64,000 nt of DNA, taken from Lama glama. Taxonomy: Eukaryota. The position numbers and the translations under genes were made by a program. Within the stretch, counting starts at the first letter, position 1. The number at the start of each line of letters is the position of its first letter. The notes below the pieces were generated by a model, which saw nothing but the letters and a program-made list of their open reading frames with translations, was not told where the DNA came from and ran no database searches. The DNA is taken from contig CM052817.1 of NCBI GenBank assembly GCA_028534125.1, positions 90,832,001-90,896,000 on the forward strand. The letters run 5' to 3'. Positions 14,130 to 26,754 of the stretch are shown here, in pieces.

Positions 14130-14237
14130 TTTGCAGCTGTCGCATTTTATAACTGTGGAATGACATTCATGGAGGCCGTGTGTCGCCCTCTGGAGTTGTA
14201 CAGTGTACAATGTGTGTGACCATATGTTGATGCCCTA
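14130..14237 (-). mobile_element. MER91-like hAT-Tip100 DNA transposon fragment
   Basis: gtcgccctctggagttgtacagtgtacaa...gatgcccta matches the recalled MER91 terminus (gcgccccctggagttgtgcagtgcacaa...ggccctg). Confidence 0.65.
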
Positions 14238-15380
14238 AAGTTTTCTACAGTAAATCTGTCATCATCTACATTCCTATACCAAGATACTATGTCTTGGGTC
14301 CTATTTTTGGTTTTCCAAGTAGTCTTGAAGAATTTAATAGTTTAAATTCTTTTCCAAATTGATAATGGAGAATGTTGTCACACTGACCTGATAAGCATCA
14401 TGAAAACCAGTCTTACATAAGTACAACTTATATTGTCAATTCTGTTTGCTAGACAGGTCAGTGTCTGGGTCTGCATATGTAAATGATATTCATTGAACTA
14501 GGAACCTACAAAGACAGCTGAATTTAAGGAACTATATTTACTTGAGTATAGAAAAACAGCTAGTCGACTTAATTCTTTTCAAACTTTGTAATAATATTTC
14601 ATGTTGCAGTGGACATTTTGTTTGTTTACTGAGATCTATGGGGGGAAAATCATAATTATTTTCAAGAATCCAAGAAATCCCACTTCAGTCCATCAACTTT
14701 AACAGCATCCTATCCTAATCTCCAGAAAACTGCTGGTTTATTCTTCTCCTTCCACAGGACCTCATTACAGGCCCCACGGGATCCCTCCACTACTGCTAGT
14801 GAGTCTTAATGTTGTCTTATTTTCAATCCCCCAACCCACCCTCATGTCAGCAGGCTGCTATTGACCTTGAGAAGTCCTTTGTTGCAAATCCCCACCGAGC
14901 TCTTTCTGCAGAGAATTGCCCCCTTTGAAGGCCTGCCCCAGTGGTCTTTGTGTTAGCAGCTTCAGTGAGGGAATAAAGAGGCCTGCCTTAGGTAAGAATG
15001 TTTGCAATGCCTTTTCAAACGGTATTTGTACACGTTAGTAGTCATCATAGATTCTCTGCTGACCTAAGAGATTTGCAGCTTTATAAAGGCTGTGGCAGGT
15101 GCTTAAAATATTTGTCAGTCCCTTTCTTCTTTTGCAACAGGCCCAAAAAGGAATGACCAGTGGGCAAATATTGATTTCCCTTCCCAAAAATCAACTGTGA
15201 AGTGGGAAAGGACACCTAAACAGGAAACCAAAAGGTTTACACTGTCAAACCAGGACAGAAGGCAGGGAAGGAAGAGTACACTCTGCAGCCCAGGAACAAG
15301 TCAGACATGTAATGCCTGTGGCATTTCCTATCAGAGTCTCCTCTGGAAGCTGAAGGTAAATAAATGAAGCAATTTAGGGC

Positions 15381-15550
15381 CGTGTTTCTCAAACTGAAAC
15401 CTTACATGTAGACTAATAACCAGGAATCTTGTAAAATGCAGGTTCTGTTTTGCTGGATCTGGGCCAGAACCCGGGACTCTGCATTTCTGACCAGCCTTCT
15501 GACTGATGCTGCGTCTGCTGGTCCAGGGATCAGACTTTCAGTACGAAGGG
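15381..15550. mobile_element. MER5A-type hAT-Charlie MITE
   Basis: gtgtttctcaaact...cttgtaaaatgcaggttctg...actctgcatttctgaccagc...gctggtccagggatcagacttt. Confidence 0.85.
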
Positions 15551-18076
15551 CTGAGGCCACTTGCTGGTAGCAAATGACAGTGGTGCCCTGTAACAGCAAG
15601 CATCTGAGTTCTTTCTAGCAAAAAAGGCAAAACAGGCCCTGACGCCATATCTGCACTTCCTGCCTCAGAGAATAAAGAAGCGTGAGGAGCCTCCCAGGCG
15701 CCCTCTGCCCATAAAGCGATTACCTCCTGAGGGAGGCAACAGGGAGTCGGCGCAGTGAGTTTGGCAACCTCTCTGCTGAGTGTCAGGGGCACTGGGTTTG
15801 GTTTTCACATTACCAGCCTCAGTGAAGTGGAACAGAGGATTACAAAGGGATAAACTAAATGGCAATTGCAAGTGCATTGTTGTCACCAGCACCTTTTCCA
15901 TCAGTATTTTCTATTTCTCCAAAGCCATACGGAGCCGTTCATCTACTTAGGTGATTTCTTAAGAGAAAATGAACAATACATGTTCCCAAGTGGCAAGCGT
16001 AGTGCAGGTTAAAAATGGTATTTTTTTTCATCCCAAAGCCTCCGAAAAGTTCACAGATCTTAGTATTATTATAAAAATAAATGACAAAAGGGATTGAGTT
16101 CAGTTAGAAATCATCCCACTACTGGCCATGCAGAGAAACTTAAAATCAAACACACTGCTTTCTAGCCTTCAGCACCTTCCAGCCTTCAGCATTGGGATAA
16201 AAGTCCAAAATGAAAGCTCCTAATGATCTACGAGTTGAAGACCTGGCTGTTTTAAGAGAGATCATGACCAACGAGAGAGAAAAAGAGGAATTTCAGATCC
16301 AAGACTAAAAATAGTAGATTTATGCTTAGATGGGTTTGTTCCTTTAGAGAATGCTCCATTGATCTTACTGAAATTCTTCCAGGTGAGTTACTCGCTCTGT
16401 CCAAGAACAGTTGCTATCTAAAAAATAATAAGGCATTTACTTCTAAGCTAACAGTTCTCTCTAGTATAGAGTCAGACTCTGGCCAAATTTACAGAGAAAC
16501 ATTTTTCACCGACTTTCCAAAGACATATATCAATAGTGTAAGTAAAAAAAATGAAAGAAATTAAGCATAAGTGTTTAAGAGTCCAGCATGACTGCACCGA
16601 ATCTACATGTTAAGAGTTCTGTGGGAAGCTTACTTTGAAGGATAACAGCCAAACAGAACCTGGCCTGATTTATACTATTACTCCCAAAGCCGGGACAATC
16701 TAATTGGTGAGCTGAGGAGGTGGCCACCTATGTGAAGTGACAGAGTTCTCAGTCCCAAAACATCTTTTGCCTAAAATTCCAAATGGGACACCTAGTCCTA
16801 TTACTACAGCCACGGGAAGTAACACATACAACTGTGTTGGATTCCTTGATATTTTTGCACTGTTTTGATAATCAGAGCCCCTTCTTATGATCCAGCCATG
16901 GTAGATTTTGTCTTCATGAAGGGAATAAGAAGAGGAACAAAGAAAAGGCCAGGTCCAGAACCAAATCCCCAGCTATCTAGGGGTGATGATGAGAGTAATC
17001 AGATATCTGGTGCCTGAATACTGAATTTGGTGTTTGCCAAAGGCAAACAATATTCTTTAAATTTTTGCCTACAACAGGATGAAAGCAATCATGAATGACA
17101 GGTCAAAGGTGGCCCTGCACAGCTCAAGTTCAACATACATGGACCCCCAAAGAGCAGCTCTTTTCAATTATAAACCCAAAATGACAGACACTGTGTGACC
17201 AAATTTGGATCAGACAACCTCACTGAATATTGCCCACCTTATCTGTAGTCGAGGGATTCATAATAGACAGAAAACAAATCGCCTAATACCCAGGATCATT
17301 TATACACAGTTAGGAAACATGTTTTCTCCCTCTGGCAGGAAAGCCTTTCTGGTATTAAACAAGCTGTTTTCACCTCCCCCTTAAAAATGGCTGATTCAGA
17401 CAAGTTCAAATTTTCTAGTCAAAACTTGTCAGGAGACGCTTGAGGCTGCAAAGTATGCACATTGCTTTTCATGTCAATGGAGAGAAAAGGTGTGGGAGAC
17501 CAGGCACCATGGGTAACACTGTCACACACAAAAGACTTTCAGCAGATACCTGGGACAAATCCTCCTGGTCCTCTGAGTCTCTTTCTCTGTTTAACCATAT
17601 TGTTCCCCCTGCGGATGTCCTTGATGCAACTCTGAACATCCTGAGAATGATTTTCAAACCAAGCACATTTCGACAAGTGTGGAATGGATGCTTCTCTGTA
17701 ACCGAGAGATGAGTTTGAGAGAAAAGATCCAATTTGCACATACACTTTTGCAAGCAGGGCTTTCCAGTGAAGCACTGGATTTAGAAGCTAATTCCCCTCG
17801 TTTTTCTGTGTTTGAAGTGTAACATGTGCTCGAGTGGCTAATAGATCTGTTTCTGGCCACAACGCCATCTTTGGGATACAAACCTTGTAGAGGGGGCATC
17901 AGACTGAACTTTGCTTCCCAACTGCTCTTAATTTCACTGCAAACTGAGTTGTTCTTCCAGAAAGAAGAAAGGCATGAAGATGGGGCAGCTCAGCACAGAT
18001 TAAATACAAATTTTATTTTTTCTTTAGGTAACTAACTGAAGTCTCTCCAAAGACTCAGAATCATTCATTCACATGT

Positions 18077-18106
18077 TACACACACACACGCGCACACACA
18101 CACACA
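18077..18106. repeat. (CA)n microsatellite, interrupted
   Basis: acacacacacacgcgcacacacacacaca seen directly. Confidence 0.9.
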
Positions 18107-18278
18107 ATCACCTTGAACCTTTCTAGACACAGAGGATAAAGAGTAAGCAAGACAAAGCCCCTGTCTTCATGGAACTCACACGGTAGAGACAGACAATAAA
18201 AAAACCAAAAAAGTCTCATGTACATGTATTGTGACGTAGTGTAGTAATAAGCACCCTGAGCTAAAATAAACCTGTGCA

Positions 18279-18378
18279 GGGGTAGGGGGTAGCTCAGGGG
18301 TAGAGCATGTGCCTAGCATGCACAAGGTCCTGGGTTCAATCCCCCAGTATCTCCTCTAAAATAAATTTTAAAAATAAA
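18279..18378 (+). mobile_element. tRNA-derived SINE, Vic-1-like (camelid)
   Basis: G-rich head, A box tagctcaggggtagagc, B box gggttcaatccc, A-rich tail. Confidence 0.85.
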
Positions 18379-20359
18379 GAAGGTTATAACAGAACGAGAC
18401 TCATATAAAACAGGGGAGCAGTCCTTATAGATATCTGGGGATAGAGCTCTCAAAGCAACGGGAATAATGCCAGGGTCAAGGTCCTGAGGTGGGCTGCAGG
18501 TTGAGTATTTTTGAAGACTACAAAGAGCCTGTGTAGTAGAGCTGGGAGTGACAGGAGAGGACACTGGGTGGACAGGAAGAGGGCAGATCAAGTGAAGCCT
18601 TGCAGACTATAGTAAGGAGCTGGAGTCTCACTCTGACTGAATAAATCCACTGGAGGATTTTGAGCAGAAAAGTGACTTCCATGACCTGATTTACATTTTA
18701 ATCAGGTATCTCTGGAGCTCTTGATTTGAGGGGTAAGCGAGATGAGAAACTGAGAAACCAATTATGAGTCCAAATGGGGGTCTTGGACTCAGAAAGTAAT
18801 GGTGAACATGATGAAACTGATTAAATCCTAGATCTATTTTGAAGTTGCAGATGATCATCTGATATATTAAATGTGAGGTCTGTAGGATAGAGAGAGGCGT
18901 CAAGGATAACTCCCAGTTTTTGGTCTGAATAGTGAATGGTGGTGCTGCTGACGAAAGTGAGAGGAAGGAACAGTTGGGGAAAAGAGAATCAAGAGTTCTA
19001 TTTTGAAGCTGTTAGATTTGAAAATGCATTTTAGACATCCAAGTGCAGAGATGTTGAGAAAGAAGTTAGACATACAAGTCTGGAGCCCAGAGAAAAGGAA
19101 ATGGCTGAAGATATAAATTCAGAACCACCTAGCTATAGATGATATTTAAAGCCATGACCATGAACGAGATCACCTAAGGAGAGAGCATAAAAAAATAGAG
19201 AAAACAACCAAGGGGTTGAGCCCAAGAGTATCCCCGAAATCTTTAGGTCAGGGAGAGAAGGAGCCAGCAAAGAGAAATGCGAAGGCATAGCCATAGCATA
19301 GGAAGAAAACAAGGCAAGGGTAGAATTACCCATGCCAGGTAAAACATGTGCTTCCAGAAGGAGGACGTGAACACCTAGGTCAAGTGCTACTGATAGGTCA
19401 AGACTGAGATGTGCCCACTGGATCTGGCAAGATGGGAATCAGTGCTAGCCCCAACAAGGGTTTCAGTGGAATGTTCGGGATAAAAGCCACTGGGGAAGGA
19501 GCCAAGGAATAAATGTAAAATATAAAACCTCTCTTTCAAGGAGAACAGAGAATACCTGAAAGAAGACGTGAAATTTAGTCTAGAGTAGGTGATTCTGTCA
19601 AGGGAGACTATAGATATCTTTAAACCCCCGTAGGAGGGATCAGAGTCAAGAAAAAGATGATGCTGGAGAAAGGGAACCTAACTGCGGGAGCAAAGTGCTT
19701 GAGCAGGAAGAAGAGACAGGATCTAGTGCGTGAGTGGATAGCCGGGCTTCGAAAGAAACAGGACTGTTCATCCATTCCAACAAAAGGGAGGCAAGTAGGT
19801 GGATCCAGGGGCAGGAGGATTTGTAAGGGTAAGAACAGGGAGAAATTCTCGCGTTTGTCTTTATTCTCTCAGTGAAACAACAGATGAGGCCATCAGCTTA
19901 AAGTGAGGGAAAGGGTATTAAATACTTCAGGAGTGGGAGGTGTGAAACAGTCTCAGAAAATGGTGGAGTGAGTTGACCAGGGAACCTAAATGCTGCCCAG
20001 ACACAGAACCCACTGAGGTTCATGGTCAGGAGTTAAGTGACTCTGCCTCCCATTGCTTCATCCATGTGGCTGGATGGGAAATTTGAGTATCATCTTTACA
20101 TTCTAAGATTTCTATTTTAAACCAGAGTAAATAAAACTCAATAGAATAGCAATTATGTGAAAATAGGCAAAAATGCACAAGTGAAAGAATGCTGGAATCA
20201 AACTTTTCAACCCAACTTTGAACTCATAATAGGCTTTATTCTCCTTTCCTGCTATATGTAAATTGGCCCCATATAAGCTTAGGAGCTCATTTGCTTTGAC
20301 TCAAAGAGCACTGTACCATCAGGAGACCTACTTCTAATCTCTGTCATTAGAAAATTGTG

Positions 20360-20790
20360 TGATGCTAAACTAAGGTTACCCACACCAATATCCTTTCTTC
20401 CCTCTTGGTCAGGAACAGAACTCTTGATTCTTAGCTGAGCAGATGACTCCCAGAATTGAAACTATGTTTCCCAACTTCCTTTGCAGTTAGGCATGGCCAC
20501 GGAATTCAATTTGGGCCAATGAGATGCAAAGAAAAGTAGTATGAGGCAGGTTCTAGGAAACTTCCTTTAAAAATGTCATCTATGTACCCCTAATCTGCTT
20601 CTTAATCCCTTCCGCCACTTTAGCTAGAGTTCCAGTTACCATCAAGAACCATCCTAAGAAAGGCACAGCAGTGAGCTAGGGAGAGCCTAGGTCCCTGACA
20701 ATTTCATGGAGCCCCTGCAGCCCTGGAGTACAAACCTCCAGCCCCTACAATGTGAGAGGAAAACAGATCTCTGTTACATCCACTGAGCTT
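20360..20790 (+). mobile_element. ERVL solo LTR, LTR16/LTR33-like
   Basis: tttcccaacttcctttgcagttaggcatggccac...ggccaatgagatgcaaag matches the diagnostic LTR16/33 motif. Confidence 0.7.
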
Positions 20791-22379
20791 AATTATGATT
20801 GACAGACTCTTCAAGTATCAGTTTTCTCTTCTTTAGACTAAAGCCATTGTCAAGTTTCCTGCGCAAATGTGAAAGTCTCATTCATAGTGCTACCTCTCTG
20901 TTTCAGAGGTCAAAGTAGAATTCACAGTAACGAGAATCCAGAATTTCTGGCTCCAACCCCTTGGTTTAATGCCATCCTGTAATCTGTTTAGTACTGCCAA
21001 GGGGGTTGATAAGTGGAGTTTTAACCCGTCTCATCACGCTTACATTTTCACAGGGGTGGGCCATCAGAATGTTGATCTCTCCAGTTCAAAGACACAGTTC
21101 TGACACCAGGCTCAGTTTGGTACTGGAGCAAAGACGCATTGCTGAATACTTTCTATGAGCCCCTGGAACCCACACCCTGCCCCACAACAATTCCACTGGC
21201 TTGAATAGTCTACTGCACTATGCAGAAAACAAGATCTGGAAATTATAATTCTTGAGAAAAGTTTCTCCCCAAAATTATGTCTTTATATATTTTTTTGCTA
21301 TTCTAAATAAAATGAACAGTATCTGCAGATGAACAGAATAGGATTTATTCATTAACCAAGAACACATGTATTTTCATTTGTAAAGACCAACCACCAAAAG
21401 GATGGAAGGAAACTTGCCAGATAAAAACAATCATTCAAAGCAAGTTTCGTGAAAACTCTGTCTTTCGAAAATAAAATTCTGAACTTAAGTTTTTTGGATA
21501 ATGTACAAGCAACTTCTTCAAATTTTATTCCATGCTTCATGATGATTTAACTGGAGTAGAACTCTTTGCCTTGAGTTATCATTTATTAACAATCTTCCTG
21601 GATTTTCAGTCAATTTAGGGTAATGTTAACTTGCAGGAGAAAAAAACGTATAAAATATAATATTTTAACAAAAATGCTCTTTTGAAGAAGCAATTGAGCC
21701 TTCTCCACTCGATGCAAATAGCAGTGAGCCAACAGAAACTGCTGAAGAGCCAGCAGTGGAAGCCAGTCTCTGTATTTTCTTTTGATCTCTCTGGACTTAA
21801 TGCCCTCATGAAGTGCGAATGGAATATACGCATGTCACAGTGTGGCAGAGGGATAATATATTTCCCCCTGCTTCGCTGAGCATGAGTTGTGTATCCTGCC
21901 AGCTTGAGAGTCCACAGTGCGGTACATTTATCCCCATTAGACAAGCTCACTCTAATAATATATGGATGCTGCAGCCCCTTCTGACAAATATGTAAAATCA
22001 TAACCTTCTACATTCTGGGGATAGGGTCCATGTACCTTGAATCTATTAACCATGCACTGACAAATTTTTGTTAAAACTAGATTTTCACATCCAAGACTAA
22101 GAGGACAAATGTATGGATTGTATTTATCTATGTGTTTGTCTATGCATGCAGCCTCAAAAGGCTATAACTTTCATTTGAAGACAGAAAAAAAAGAACAATG
22201 CTTCCCAACTTGGCCATATAGGAATTCACTTGGCCTATCGTGAGAAAAAAAAAAACTATTTAGAACAGAGGGTATGTTCGTAAGTACTGTTTGATTCATT
22301 TCTGGTAGGACATTCAGCCCTTCTAATCTCATCAAAGAGTACACTTTAAAAAAGTGGCCCCCAAATAAGGAAATATTTG

Positions 22380-22595
22380 TAGTTCAAATCCCAGCGTTTA
22401 CTAGCATGTAAGCTTGAGCAAGTTTACTTAACTGAAGCCTCAGTTTTGCTCATCTGTTAAATGTAGACAACCTACAGTCCAGGAGGCCCAACTGATATGG
22501 TGCTCATAATGATACCTACTTATAGGATTCTATGTACAATGCTTAGCATACAACTGGCACTCAATAAGTGTTGGCTAGTTTCACCATGATGATTA
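22380..22595 (+). mobile_element. MIR SINE carrying a foreign ~43-bp insert
   Basis: gttcaaatcccagc...gcctcagttttgctcatctgttaaatg[insert]ataatgatacctacttatagg...gcactcaataagtgttggc. Confidence 0.85.
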
Positions 22596-23679
22596 GCTCA
22601 GGACCCTCACCAGGATACCAGTGGGAAGGACTAAGCTTATGTGAAAAGAACATGGTAGGGAAGCTGCCTTGACTGTGCTCTCCAGTTACCCTTCTCCACT
22701 GCCAGAGGGTATAATGTGATGTTGTCCCTAAACACAGCTGAGAAACAGACACAGGCTGAGAACCACACAAAGGCCTGATAAACCCAGAAAAAGTCTAGGT
22801 TCTATAAACTTCAGCTCCAAAATTTTAATCTGTGTCTACATCTCTTTAGTACACAGGGAAAAAACCTTTCAGCAACCATAAAGTTAAGAAAATAATGGCC
22901 AGGGAGCACTTGAAGCAAGCAATAGGGTTAGTTTTCTCTCCTTTGTAACCACGGGTTACAGTGTTTACATCTTTCCAACCCAGGTTCAACATTTCTTGGA
23001 ATAGACTGTGCAAAACACTGTCGATTAGTTAATTATCTGTGTTGATAAGGCTCTAAACACACTACTCAAATTCTTTGGCTTTGAGGATAAAAGTCGTAGC
23101 ATTGAAAAATAATGTTTCACACCATTTTCCATACAGTTAAGAATTCCAATACATTACCGGTATTAAAATCTCATAGGTATTCTTAATATACCTGTTTCTC
23201 CAATTAACACAGCATGGTCATTAATACACCATATTCTGTTATGAAGTCATAACTGCAGCCAAGCAGAAAATAATTACCATCTATCAGCTTTCATGTTTTA
23301 GAAAAGCAAAATTATTTTTCCTTTGTTTTAGAAGTTCCCCAGAACAAATAATAGTTTTACATTGGCAACCCTTTGATTTCATGACCTGACTGCCACACAT
23401 CTCTATAAAGCTGTCATATATCCTTCTGGGCTCAACTCACATGGAGCTGTTTCAATTTTAAAATCTAATCTGGGGGCAAATCCTCCCGATTCCATTGTGA
23501 ACACCTGGTACCAACAACAGCAGAAAAAAATACCAGGTCTCTTTCAAATGGACCTCTGTGTGAAAACAAGTGACTTCATACATCACACAGATCTGTTTCT
23601 CAGATCAAAACGATAAAAACAATTAATTAATTATTTAATTAAAAGCCGTTAATTTATGTCAGCCAACTGATCACAAACC

Positions 23680-24040
23680 CCTACTCTCAGACGCACTCTT
23701 GGGCCGTATGCTCTTGAGGCGTAAGAGTCCTTGCCCTCAGGTAGCTTATGGATCACTGGAGAACAAGTAAGGTAATAGCTATTTGTGCCCCTAAGGCAGA
23801 TGAAGAAAAAGGCCTGAAAGAAAGATAAAAATAATAATAAGGTTCAGAGCAGGACAGCTCAAGATCACTGAGTTGGACAAACTGACATCACTGAAAAGAT
23901 GCCACATAAGGTTAGTAGAGCTTCATCCAAAGATATAAGGCTGGACATTCCTGACAGAGGAAATAGCATTTATGAAAGACCCTAATGCAGGAAAGCATGT
24001 GGTGCTTTGGAATCAACAAGTGATTTCTGTTCACTGGAGT
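23680..24040 (-). mobile_element. L2 fragment
   Basis: gtccttgccctcaggtagcttat and ggacattcctgacagaggaaatagcatttatgaaagaccct are antisense L2 3' motifs. Confidence 0.65.
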
Positions 24041-24089
24041 CATGAATAATCTGTGTAACAGACTTCTGTTGTTTCTGCTACCCAACACA

Positions 24090-24745
24090 TAGTTTGATGT
24101 TTCAGCAAATACATGCAGCCATGCACCTGTTAAACTATTACCGCAATCAAGAAGTAGAATATTTTCATCCTCCCAAAATTCTGGTTTCCGCTCACTTACA
24201 CACATTCGATCTCAACCTCTGGCCCCAGGCAACCAAGGATCTGCTTTCTTTCACTATAGGTTGGTTTCACCCATTCTAAACTGTTATCTAAGTGTGGTCA
24301 GACAGCATGACTCTTTGTGTCTGACTTCTTTCACTCAGAATAATGTTTCTGAGATTCATTCATGCTATTTGGTATAGAAGCAATTTGTGTCTTTTTATTC
24401 CTGAGGAATATTTCATTATATGGACATACTGTTATTTGTTTATTCATTTTTCTATTGAGGAACATAGGGATTATTGAGGGTTTTGACTACTATGTTAAAC
24501 ATTGCTAGGAAAGTATGTGTACAAACCTTTGTTAGGTTATTTTCATTTCTCTTGTAAATATCTATCTGGGAGTGGAATGGCTGAGTCTTAGGGAAACAGT
24601 ATGTTTAATCCTGTAAGAAACTGCCAAGCTGTTTTCCAAAACGGTTGTACCATTGTCAGTTCCTACCAGCAGTGTATGAAAGTTCTGGTTTCCCCTCATT
24701 TTTGCCAGTCAGTGTTTGGTATTTGTCTCTTTAATCTTAACCATT
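24090..24745 (-). mobile_element. Old L1 (L1M) ORF2 end / 3' UTR
   Basis: ctggccccaggcaaccaaggatctgctttc, ggagtggaatggctgagtc, aagaaactgccaagctgttttccaaaacggttgtaccatt. Confidence 0.9.
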
Positions 24746-24747
24746 AA

Positions 24748-25225
24748 TTATTTATTTTTCCTTTTTCCTTTAGAAGACAAATCCAAAAAACTATTGCTAT
24801 GATTTATGTCAAAAGGAATTGTTCTGCCTAGGTTTTCCTCTAGGAGTTTTATGAGTTCTACTCCTACATTTAGGTCTTTAATCCATTTTGAGTTGATTTT
24901 TGTACCTGGTACTAGAGAATGTTCCAATTTCATTCTTTTACAGGTAGCTGTCCAGTTTTCCCAGCACCACTTATTGAAGAAACTGTCTTTTTTCCATTGC
25001 ATATTCTTTCTTCTTTTGTCATAGATAAATTTACCATAAGTGCATGGCTTTATTTCTAGGCTCTCTATTCTATTCCATTGATCTATGTGTTTGCTTTTGT
25101 TCCAGTACCACACTGTTTTGATGACTGTTGCTTTGTAGTACAGTCTGAAGTCAGGAAGAGTGACTCCTCCAGCTCTGTTCTTCTTTCTCAAGACTGTTTT
25201 GTCTATTCAGGCTCTCTTGTGTTTA
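24748..25225 (-). mobile_element. L1 ORF2 internal fragment
   Basis: 147-aa open frame: [19 protein letters not shown]...IDQWNRIES...[18 protein letters not shown]...[12 protein letters not shown]. Confidence 0.95.
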
Positions 25226-25319
25226 TCTGCATACTTTTTAAAAATCTGGCTCATAGTTTCCCTTCTCTGTGCAGCTTTTCCCCTACTTCCCCAATCACTC
25301 CTTCCAATGTACACAGGAC

Positions 25320-25495
25320 TTCATTCATGCATTCCTCTATAAGTGAAACTTACCATATTGCACTGTAATTCAGAGTTACTTATCTCTATCCATCCCTAGA
25401 CTGAGAGCTACTTGAGGGCACAGGGTGAGTATTTTTCTTCTTTGAATCAGCCCAAAGCTTAATATTGCACCCACCACATTTAAGTACTCAGGCTC
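25320..25495 (+). mobile_element. L2 3' fragment
   Basis: ccctagactgagagctacttgagggcacagg. Confidence 0.7.
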
Positions 25496-25587
25496 AAATA
25501 TGATTATAGATCTGTAAGAAAAGGAAAGGCGACCTATTGAGATGAAAGTCATGGAGGGGTAAGGGTAGCTTCAGAATTCTAGGTGAG

Positions 25588-25930
25588 TCATTTATTCATT
25601 CATTCATTTAACAAATAGTTATTGAACTCTGTGTGTCAGGCCTCTGAGATGCTAAGATGCAGAGATAGATGAACTACACAAAATCTCTCCCCAGGTAGAA
25701 TTTAGCTTATGGCAAGGAAGGTAAATTCATTCGCTGAATGTCAAAAACCAGTGTGGCATGTGCTATGATATGGGAAACCCAGAATGAAAACAGAGCTCAC
25801 TGTAGAATCTCTGAATCTCAGGCTTTGAAATGGAGATAGGATATCTAAGCTGAGATGTGAAGGATGTGTCAGAGGGGCCCAAGTCAAGAGACAGAGGAAC
25901 AGCAGCTCATGAAAAGACCAAGAGATAAGA
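25588..25930 (-). mobile_element. L2 3' fragment
   Basis: cattcattcatttaacaaatagttattgaactctgtgtgtcagg...atctaagctgagatgtgaaggatg. Confidence 0.8.
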
Positions 25931-26239
25931 AAGAACAACGCTACTGAGGGGGCTACAATAAGCAGGTAGATCTGGAGAACCAACTATTGGATACAGGGAA
26001 TGACTGCAGAGAGAAATGCTGCTGCTGATTCCAGTAAACCATCAGCAAACACAAGATAAAGGGTTTTTTTTTTTTTAAACAAACTTCTTTTGTTGCACGA
26101 GAGTAGCCATCCCATCTAACATTTCCTGGCTGTGTGAGCTTGAGAAAATGGAGCCTCCCTGGTAGCTCTGTATCACAGAAATAAAATCTCCCTAAAGTTG
26201 GTGTTAAGAACAAACTTAATTCAGGTAAAATACCACATT

Positions 26240-26645
26240 AAAGATAAACTAGATGCTCACCAAATGTTTTACTCCTCCTGGGCGCAGTCACGGTACATTC
26301 TGCAATAACCTTCTATCTAGGTGGGCCATGTGACTCATCATGACTCTAGACTGTGAGCCCATGGGTGGTGTCAGTTCTGGGCTAAGGCAATTAGGAGCAG
26401 GTGTACCTTTCTCGTCATCTCTTTCCTTTTACAGTAACTCTGAAGTCCACATGTTGAACATTCAGTGGGAAGAAGCTTGGGTCTCTAAATGACCACATAG
26501 ATCTGAGTCTTTGTGCCCCACCACACACCTACACCTCTGCCTACCTCACAGCACTGGGACACGCTGTAGCAATAATAATTTTTTGTGTTAAGACACTGAA
26601 GAATTAGGGTTGTTGCAGTAGTTATCCCATCCTGATTTATTCCAA
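26240..26645 (+). mobile_element. MLT1I/J-like MaLR solo LTR
   Basis: gggccatgtgactc...ttctgggctaaggcaattaggagcaggtgt...ttgtgttaagacactgaag. Confidence 0.7.
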
Positions 26646-26754
26646 CATTCAGCCCAATGTTTAGCACATAGCAAATATCCAATAAATGTTAGCAATAAAT
26701 GTTAGCTGAGGATGCTCTGTTATTTGTTGTTTCATTCTTATTATTGCTTGAGAC

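Larger units (their letters stand above)
18060..20040 (-). mobile_element. Long L2 fragment (3' UTR plus RT-domain remnant), interrupted by a SINE
   Basis: Antisense cattcattc tail at 18062. The minus frame near 19133-19230 reads LFSLFFYALSLGDLVHGHGFKYHL*, i.e. L2 RT just before a decayed YADD. Confidence 0.85.

Noticed and set aside
15695..15713. Second CTCF-like motif (GCAGAGGGCGCC on minus strand)
   Set aside because: Lacks the 5' CCA of the core; too weak without data.
18279..18355. tRNA gene (also 53094-53170)
   Set aside because: A and B boxes are present, but the copies are diverged, have A-rich SINE tails and sit inside older repeats; they are SINEs.
21678..21785. Plus-strand acidic peptide FEEAIEPSPLDANSSEPTETAEEPAVEAS
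   Set aside because: No convincing acceptor, start or donor, and it stops after ~35 codons.
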